Notes under the pieces: generated by a model | Told to the model about the DNA's origin: nothing | Seen by the model: only the letters and a program-made list of their open reading frames with translations | Databases searched by the model: none | IMG/VR virus record: IMGVR_UViG_3300045988_125816 | Location: 1 to 5,216 of that record | DNA length: 5,216 nucleotides | Direction: 5' to 3' (one strand) | Source of the DNA: a virus | Shown here: positions 1 through 4,821 of the stretch, one piece after another | How positions within the stretch are numbered: the first letter of the stretch is position 1 | Layout: each line of letters opens with the position of its first letter | Position numbers and translations under genes: made by a program

Positions 1-1379
1 AAGCCCCTGTTGATGCTGACGGTTATGCTGGTTGGAAGTTTGGTTCTCTTGCTGATTATCTTGGTGTACCTCCTAATGATAAGACCGCAGGTTTTAAAGT
101 CGCTGATTCTTTTACTGTAAACGCTCTTCCTTTTCGTTCTTATGCAAAAATTTGTGAAGATTGGTTTCGCGACCAGAATTTACAGGATCCTCTTCTTATT
201 CCGACTGGTGATGCAACTGTTGATGGTTCAGATACCGGTGAGGTTTGTTATGGTGGAAGTCTTTTCCATGCTAATAAATTTCACGACTATTACACATCTT
301 GTCTCCCTCAGCCGCAGAAAGGTACTCCTGTTTCTATTCCGCTCTCTGGCACTATGCCCGTTATAACCCGCCCTGATTCTTGGTCTCCAGAGGTTTTGAA
401 GCTTTATGGTGATAATACTTCTACTCGGTTGGCTTGGTCTACTTCTGTAGGTGATGTTAAGTTTGATGGAACTGCTATTGGAGTTTCTGATAGTTATTCA
501 GATCATCGTTTTGTTGGTTTTACTGGTCTTGCTGGTTCTGGTAATCCCACGGGAACTTATTCTTTTGTTCCTTCTAATCTTGTCGCTTTTACTGGTGATG
601 AAGTAGGCGCTGGCTCTTTTGTTGGTATTGATGTTTCCGCGCTTCGTTTTGCTTTTCAGATGCAGCGTTTTATGGAACGTCTCGCCCGTGGCGGTTCTCG
701 TTATATCGAAATTCTTAAATCTATGTTTGGTGTGACTTCTCCTGATGCTCGTTTACAGCGTTCTGAGTATCTTGGCGGCAATCGTGTCCCTATTACTGTC
801 CACGAAGTTACAAATAATGCGCAGTCTGAGAATGGTTTTCTTGGTAACCTTGGCGCTTTCTCGCATACTACCGATCATAACGGAGACTTCATAAAGTCTT
901 TTGTTGAGCATGGCTACGTAATTGGTGTTGTGTGCGCTCGCTATGATCATAGTTACCCGCAGGCGCTTGATCGTCTTTGGACGCGTTCTAGCCGTGAGTC
1001 GTTTTACTGGCCTGTATTTGCTCATTTGTCTGAGCAGGCTGTCTATAAAGATGAATTGATGTTTTCTCCGGCAACTGCTAAAAGTGTTTTTGGCTATCAG
1101 GAAGCATGGGCTGAGTATAGATATGCTCCTAACCGTGTTGCTGGTGAAATGCGTCCCAATCATCCTCAGACTCTTGCTAGCTGGAATTATGCTGATGACT
1201 ATGAGACTCAGCCTACTCTTTCCGAGTCTTGGCTTGCTGAAGAGAAGTCTAATATTGATCGTACCCTTGCTGTGACTTCTGCTGTCAGCAATCAGATTCT
1301 TCTTGATGTGTATATTCAGGATCATACTTCTCGCGTTATGCCTACGTTTTCTGTTCCCGGTCTGGTTGACCATAACTAA
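1..1379 (+). CDS. VP1: Major capsid protein VP1, C-terminal continuation of the ORF that starts at 4822. Codon phase begins at position 3; 1..55 duplicate 5162..5216.
   Basis: Uninterrupted frame-3 ORF from position 3 to TAA at 1377-1379. Contains ...LPFRSYAKICEDWFRDQNLQDPLLIP..., a conserved capsid motif. The ORF track lists only the 354..1379 portion because it requires an internal Met. Size and sequence are consistent with Microviridae VP1. Confidence 0.9.
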   Translation, partial: APVDADGYAGWKFGSLADYLGVPPNDKTAGFKVADSFTVNALPFRSYAKICEDWFRDQNLQDPLLIPTGDATVDGSDTGEVCYGGSLFHANKFHDYYTSCLPQPQKGTPVSIPLSGTMPVITRPDSWSPEVLKLYGDNTSTRLAWSTSVGDVKFDGTAIGVSDSYSDHRFVGFTGLAGSGNPTGTYSFVPSNLVAFTGDEVGAGSFVGIDVSALRFAFQMQRFMERLARGGSRYIEILKSMFGVTSPDARLQRSEYLGGNRVPITVHEVTNNAQSENGFLGNLGAFSHTTDHNGDFIKSFVEHGYVIGVVCARYDHSYPQALDRLWTRSSRESFYWPVFAHLSEQAVYKDELMFSPATAKSVFGYQEAWAEYRYAPNRVAGEMRPNHPQTLASWNYADDYETQPTLSESWLAEEKSNIDRTLAVTSAVSNQILLDVYIQDHTSRVMPTFSVPGLVDHN

Positions 1380-1384
1380 ATTTA

Positions 1385-1407
1385 GGAGGGCTTCGCCCTC
1401 CTTTTTT
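1385..1407 (+). terminator. Rho-independent terminator downstream of VP1
   Basis: GGAGGGC(1385-1391) TTC GCCCTCC(1395-1401) forms a 7-bp GC-rich stem, followed by TTTTTT (1402-1407), immediately after the VP1 stop. Confidence 0.75.
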
Positions 1408-1413
1408 GAAAGG

Positions 1414-2061
1414 ATGTTTTTTTTGCCTAAATTAATTTCTAGTGATTCTGGTTATTCTGGCGCTGTTCGTCATTATGATAATGATAATGACGTTTACAAT
1501 AAGCATTTTTGGTATAATGAGCTTCATCCGTTTTGGCGTAAATATGAGTATGGTAATGGTTATACACGTTATGTAGATAGGTATTCTGGTAAAGTTGTGC
1601 GTGATTTTTATGGCGATGATCCCAAATCTTTTAAAAAGGTTGTTTCTGATGCTGTTTCTTCTGCAAAGAGTCTTGCTTCTGGCGCCGTTTCTGGCGTTGG
1701 TTCTGCTAGCTTTTCTTCTGCGCGTTCTGCTCCCTTTTACCCTGATGCGCCTTTGTCTACAAAGTATGGCATGGACTCTTCTACTGCTTTTGCCGAAGAA
1801 ATGGCGAACACTGCTCATCAGCGTAATGTAGCCGATCTTCGCGCCGCTGGCCTTAATCCTGTGCTCGGTATTTCTGGTTCTGGCGCTGGTACTACTTCCG
1901 GTAATTCTGCTGTTTATTCTACCATTGCGCCGCCTGATAATTCTGCTGGCGCTCTTTCTGCCATTGGTAAGGTTGCCGCCGGTATTGTCGGCCTTTTTGC
2001 TCCTAAGCGTGCTAATGCTGCTAAGACTGTGTTAGAAGGTCTGACCGAAATTTTGGAATAA
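1414..2061 (+). CDS. VP2: Minor capsid / DNA pilot protein VP2
   Basis: Frame-1 ORF ending TAA at 2059-2061. It contains AFAEEMANTAHQRNVADLRAAGLNPVLG, resembling the conserved gokushovirus VP2 motif, plus Gly/Ser/Ala-rich low-complexity tracts typical of pilot proteins. The ORF-track start at 1303 lies inside VP1 and upstream of the terminator, so the real start is ATG 1414 (embedded in AAAGGATG) or TTG 1423, 8 nt after AAAGGA. Confidence 0.8.
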   Translation: MFFLPKLISSDSGYSGAVRHYDNDNDVYNKHFWYNELHPFWRKYEYGNGYTRYVDRYSGKVVRDFYGDDPKSFKKVVSDAVSSAKSLASGAVSGVGSASFSSARSAPFYPDAPLSTKYGMDSSTAFAEEMANTAHQRNVADLRAAGLNPVLGISGSGAGTTSGNSAVYSTIAPPDNSAGALSAIGKVAAGIVGLFAPKRANAAKTVLEGLTEILE

Positions 2062-2095
2062 CGCTGCTTGAATAACGCCGCGATATAATCAAATT

Positions 2096-2160
2096 GACCG
2101 ACTCGCGGGTGCGCGTGCGCGCGGTATTTTTTCGCGCGCGTGCGCGCCTGTGTGTCGGTC
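2096..2160. repeat. GC-rich imperfect palindrome with alternating (CG)n/(TG) tracts. Candidate ssDNA hairpin: complementary-strand origin, recombination site, or Z-DNA-prone element.
   Basis: Outer arms GACCGAC (2096-2102) and GTCGGTC (2154-2160) are exact reverse complements. The inner arms GGGTGCGCGTGCGCGCGG and CGCGCGCGTGCGCGCC share the 12-nt direct repeat GCGCGTGCGCGC and can pair with a few G.T mismatches around a TATTTTTT loop (2125-2132). Local GC content is far above the surrounding AT-rich genome. Confidence 0.7.
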
Positions 2161-2194
2161 TTACCTTTGGCCGCGGTCTGGTGCCGGTTGAAAT

Positions 2195-2282
2195 GATACT
2201 GCCGCATTTGGCAGTTAGCCCCTATACCCTCTTGTTGTATAGGGGCTAACTGACACCGCTATCTCGTGTGGCAGTATTTTTT
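2195..2282 (+). terminator. Compound stem-loop region: a perfect 15-bp hairpin nested within a long-range stem, ending in a T-run. Candidate terminator and/or ssDNA origin structure.
   Basis: CAGTTAGCCCCTATA (2212-2226) is the exact reverse complement of TATAGGGGCTAACTG (2238-2252), with an 11-nt loop. GATACTGCCGC (2195-2205) pairs with GTGGCAGTAT (2268-2277), with one G.T, followed by TTTTTT at 2277-2282. TACTGCC can alternatively pair with the nearer GGCAGT at 2210-2215. Confidence 0.6.
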
Positions 2283-2293
2283 GTTTGGAGTCT

Positions 2294-2321
2294 TTACAAA
2301 CTTTGATTTATGTGTTATAAT
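2294..2321 (+). promoter_or_regulatory. Near-consensus sigma70-type promoter with extended -10
   Basis: -35 TTTACA (2294-2299), 16-nt spacer, TGT preceding -10 TATAAT (2316-2321), i.e. the TGnTATAAT extended -10. It sits about 30 nt upstream of the ORF95 start. Confidence 0.65.
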
Positions 2322-2336
2322 AAGTTATACTTATTA

Positions 2337-2343
2337 AGGAGGT
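2337..2343 (+). promoter_or_regulatory. Shine-Dalgarno sequence AAGGAGG for ORF95
   Basis: Perfect AAGGAGG, 6 nt upstream of ATG 2350. Confidence 0.7.
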
Positions 2344-2349
2344 TTAATT

Positions 2350-2637
2350 ATGTCTGTTCCTGTTTTTGGTAATTCTTGTTCTGATAAACTTCATGTCTTT
2401 TCTGTTGTGTCTTATTATAGACCTGTTCGTTGGTTTGATTCTAATGTAGGTTGTGGTTTTGAGTTGCTTTGTGATTCCGATGATATTTGTAAGTTTCATC
2501 ATTTTATTGTTGCTCCTAACCGTGATATTGCTAAGAGAAATGCGTTTGAACTTGTGCTTGAAGATGTGCATGATTTGTATGACAACGATGCTTCGGCTGT
2601 CATTTATCTTCAGCGTTGTAAACTTGCCGATGGTTGA
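2350..2637 (+). CDS. Hypothetical 95-aa acidic Cys/His-containing protein, an accessory gene between VP2 and VP4; function unknown
   Basis: ATG with a perfect SD and its own strong promoter. Codon usage (T-rich third position: tct, gtt, cct, gat, ctt) matches the rest of the genome. No recognisable motif. Four to five Cys and several His suggest possible metal binding. No hydrophobic segment. Confidence 0.7.
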   Translation: MSVPVFGNSCSDKLHVFSVVSYYRPVRWFDSNVGCGFELLCDSDDICKFHHFIVAPNRDIAKRNAFELVLEDVHDLYDNDASAVIYLQRCKLADG

Positions 2638-2675
2638 TTTGTTTATTCTTGATGATCGTTTTTTGAGGTCGATTG

Positions 2676-3653
2676 ATGATGTCTTGTTACCACCCTTTAA
2701 CCCGCGTCGTGTACCCCGTGGCCGCGAATATCAATCCTGATACCGGAAAGTATAATGGTTATGTTACGTCATGGGTGCCGCTTGAGTTGCGGCGCCCTGA
2801 CTATCAGTATACTGATATTCCCTGCGGTAAGTGTCGTGGCTGTCGGCTTGATTATGCTCGCGAATGGGCTAATAGAATGTTTTTAGAGGCCGCTTTGTCT
2901 CCTGATGATAGTTGTTGGTTCGTGACACTTACTTATGATGATGCCCATATTCCTTTTTCTGAATCCGGTAATCCTACTCTTGTAAAGCGTGATGTTCAGC
3001 TTTTTTTAAAACGCCTTCGTCGCGCCCATGAAGATGATCGTATTCGTTTTTTCGCCGCCGGTGAATATGGTGATACTACTTTCCGTCCGCATTATCATAT
3101 GATTGTTTTCGGTCTCCATCTGGATGATCTAAAGCTTTATCGGTTGTCTAAGCATGGCTATCCTCTTTATAATTCGGCTAGTCTGTCTGGCCGCTGGACT
3201 GATTTCGACGGTGTATCTAAAGGTTTTGTTGTTGTCTCCCCTGCGTCTTGGGAAACTATGAGTTATACCGCTCGCTATACGCTTAAAAAGCTTAAAGGTA
3301 ATGATGGCTTCCTCTATGATGAGCTTGGTATTCTTCCACCGTTCTCTTTGATGTCCCGCCGTCCCGGTATTGGTGGCGATGCTTATTCCCCCGGCTTGTT
3401 TGAGCAGGATTATATTTACCTTGCTGGTCGTAAGATTGCGCCGCCTAAGTATCTTAAATCCTTGTATGAACGTTTTGACCCTGCTGAGTACGAGGGATAT
3501 TCCGCTTACCGTAAAGAGCGTGCTAATGTTCGTACAGAGACTTTGATTAAGTCTCTTAATAAGCCCTATTTGGATTATCTTAAGGATTGTGAATATAATT
3601 TTTCCCATCGCACGGAGACTCTTAATAGGCGTGATTTAAATATTGATTTGTGA
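2676..3653 (+). CDS. VP4: Replication initiation protein VP4 (rolling-circle HUH endonuclease, phiX gene A-like)
   Basis: GAGG at 2665-2668, 7 nt before ATG 2676 (the ORF-track start TTG 2673 is also possible). Motif 1 FVTLTYDD, motif 2 RPHYHMIVFG (the HUH motif), motif 3 YTARYTLKK with two Tyr spaced by 3 residues as in superfamily-I Reps, and an N-terminal CGKCRGC cysteine cluster. Confidence 0.9.
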   Translation: MMSCYHPLTRVVYPVAANINPDTGKYNGYVTSWVPLELRRPDYQYTDIPCGKCRGCRLDYAREWANRMFLEAALSPDDSCWFVTLTYDDAHIPFSESGNPTLVKRDVQLFLKRLRRAHEDDRIRFFAAGEYGDTTFRPHYHMIVFGLHLDDLKLYRLSKHGYPLYNSASLSGRWTDFDGVSKGFVVVSPASWETMSYTARYTLKKLKGNDGFLYDELGILPPFSLMSRRPGIGGDAYSPGLFEQDYIYLAGRKIAPPKYLKSLYERFDPAEYEGYSAYRKERANVRTETLIKSLNKPYLDYLKDCEYNFSHRTETLNRRDLNIDL

Positions 3654-3737
3654 GGATGTTTTACGTGAAACGACAATTTTATTTTGCCCGTGTCCAACCT
3701 AGATTTTAAATTATTTTTGTAAAGGATGTGACTATTT

Positions 3738-3854
3738 ATGATGCGTCGTAAGCTTCCCTCTGGTGTTGATGCTAATGTGTTCCGCAACACCGCCGCCGTT
3801 GGCAAAAAGATAAATCTTGGTACCATTATATTCAGAGGCGGTATTCGCCTGTGA
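3738..3854 (+). CDS. VP8: Small basic DNA-binding protein (gokushovirus VP8 / phiX J-like), 38 aa
   Basis: Not in the ORF track because it is too short. ATGATG at 3738, with AAAGGA 11 nt upstream. Translation MMRRKLPSGVDANVFRNTAAVGKKINLGTIIFRGGIRL* is net basic with a C-terminal RGGIRL, resembling the C-terminal motif of Microviridae J/ORF8 DNA-packaging proteins. Its position between VP4 and VP5/VP3 fits the gokushovirus layout. Confidence 0.6.
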   Translation: MMRRKLPSGVDANVFRNTAAVGKKINLGTIIFRGGIRL

Positions 3855-3968
3855 CTGTCTGCCTTTCCCCTTGAACAACTAGCGCCGCTAGGCGCAATGG
3901 CACTTTTGACTAGTAGTTCTCCCGTCCTGAACGTATGTAATAACGATTTTTTGAAAGGATGTATTTTT

Positions 3969-4199
3969 ATGAAAATGCCCGTTTATTCTATCCGTGATGT
4001 TCTTAACGGTTATTCCGCTCCTATGGTTGATGTCAATGACAATACGGCTATTCGGAATTTCAAGTATTCCCTTGCTGGTGATTCTGTTGTTGGTGCTAAT
4101 GCGTCCGATTATGAACTTTATCGCCTTGGCGAGTTTGATACTGTTTCCGCTAAGTTTACCCCTGAAGATATGCCTATTCTCCTTTTCAGAGGTATATGA
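3969..4199 (+). CDS. VP5: Small 76-aa protein, putative VP5-like nonstructural/packaging protein
   Basis: ATG 3969 (MKMPVYSIRDVLNGYSAPM...DYELYRLGEFDTVSAKFTPEDM) lies 9 nt after AAAGGA. The upstream part of the 3897 track ORF has no RBS. The position between Rep and VP3 corresponds to gokushovirus VP5. The homology call is from memory of a GEFD-type motif and is uncertain. Confidence 0.6.
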   Translation: MKMPVYSIRDVLNGYSAPMVDVNDNTAIRNFKYSLAGDSVVGANASDYELYRLGEFDTVSAKFTPEDMPILLFRGI

Positions 4200-4200
4200 T

Positions 4201-4674
4201 ATGGCTAGATTTTTTTCTTGTCCCGGTTCTCCGTTTCGACCCGTTCGCGAAAGTTTTTATGATTCATCCGGTGCTCTTTGCCTTCGTACTGTTGGCACTG
4301 ATAATATTGATCAGCTTATACAGAGTCATGCCGCTGGAGCTGATATTGTTTCACTTGCCCGGCGTTGTATGCTCGGTGATCCTTCTGCTGTGCGTACTGA
4401 CAGCCCTATGTATATTGATAATGTAGGCGCTCCCAAGACTCCTATTGATATGCTTAATACTATGGCTAATGTTCGTCGTACCTTCGATTCCTTGCCTGCT
4501 GATACTCGCGCGGAGTATGATAATGATTTCAATAAGTTCTTTGTTTCCATGTTTTCTAATAAGTCTACCATTCCCGGCAATGATGGTAAACAGACTCTTG
4601 ACCCTGTTGACCCTGCTTCTAATCCTGTTGACCCTGCTTCTAATCCTTTACCCGCTGGAGGTTCTAATGAATAA
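4201..4674 (+). CDS. VP3: Internal scaffolding protein VP3
   Basis: ATG 4201, 8 nt after AGAGG, in frame with the 3994..4674 track ORF. Contains ...NVRRTFDSLPADTRAEYDNDFNKF..., resembling the conserved VP3 motif (FxSLPxxxRxxYxND) of gokushoviruses. Ends TAA at 4672-4674. Confidence 0.8.
   Translation: MARFFSCPGSPFRPVRESFYDSSGALCLRTVGTDNIDQLIQSHAAGADIVSLARRCMLGDPSAVRTDSPMYIDNVGAPKTPIDMLNTMANVRRTFDSLPADTRAEYDNDFNKFFVSMFSNKSTIPGNDGKQTLDPVDPASNPVDPASNPLPAGGSNE
4605..4646 (+). repeat. Perfect 21-nt tandem duplication inside the VP3 C-terminus
   Basis: TGTTGACCCTGCTTCTAATCC at 4605-4625 is repeated exactly at 4626-4646, encoding DPASNPV twice in a Pro/Asp-rich tail. Confidence 0.85.
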
Positions 4675-4821
4675 TTTAAAAAAGAAACTTGGTTCTTTTT
4701 TTCGTTGCTTTGATGATTTTATACATTGTTTGCGCGTTCTCTTTTTTCTTCTCCCCGACGTTGTTTCTGATGTCTTTGCTGGTGATTGCAATTATCTTGA
4801 ATATGATTTGGAGGTTTATAG

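Noticed and set aside
1084-1275. Hydrophobic + strand alternative-frame ORFs (142..366, 1084..1275, 1595..1831, 2453..2740, N-terminal part of 3994.., 4445..4825)
   Set aside because: These are Leu/Phe/Ile-rich because the real genes have T in the third codon position, which makes the shifted frame NTN-rich. They have no RBS and are nested inside conserved genes. They are compositional artefacts; only the VP3-embedded one was kept, as a low-probability lysis candidate.
753-1373. Minus-strand ORFs in the six-frame track (753..1373, 1432..1818, 1914..2207, 2344..2571, 3129..3608, 3575..3826, 4326..4580, 4816..5091)
   Set aside because: All lie antisense to well-supported + strand genes and lack SD sequences. 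Their products are Arg/Lys/Ile/Asn-rich low-complexity strings, as expected from reading T-rich codons backwards. Microviridae are transcribed from one strand only.
1303-1413. ORF-track start of VP2 at 1303 and of the VP5-like ORF at 3897
   Set aside because: The 1303 start lies inside VP1 and upstream of the VP1 terminator hairpin. The 3897 start has no SD and lies in the GC hairpin region. In both cases a downstream start 8-9 nt after the conserved AAAGGA motif is much more plausible.
2108-2114. GGTGCGC resembling the start of the E. coli dif XerC-binding arm
   Set aside because: The match does not extend into the central region or XerD arm (no TTATGTTAAAT-like sequence follows). Within a (GC)n-rich tract a 7-mer like this is unsurprising. 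It is kept only as a hypothesis within the intergenic-region finding.
2096-2160. CRISPR array or rRNA/tRNA gene in the GC-rich repeats
   Set aside because: There are only two short imperfect repeat copies with no spacers and no cas context. There is no cloverleaf or rRNA-like conservation. The genome is a 5.2-kb microvirus.
4441-4465. Resemblance of CCTATTGATATGCTTAATACTATGG to the phiX174 plus-strand origin (CAACTTGATATTAATAACACTATAG)
   Set aside because: Only the 7-mer TTGATAT matches exactly, and a chance 7-mer match is expected in about 5 kb of AT-rich sequence. Alignment needs gaps and the site is inside VP3 rather than Rep or an intergenic region. It is noted as a place to look if a nick site is mapped.
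4675-4821. Possible terminator after VP3 (AAAAAAGAAAC...GTTCTTTTTTT)
   Set aside because: The pairing is AT-only and imperfect, which is too weak to call. The region more likely serves simply as the VP1 leader, with GGAGG at 4811-4815.
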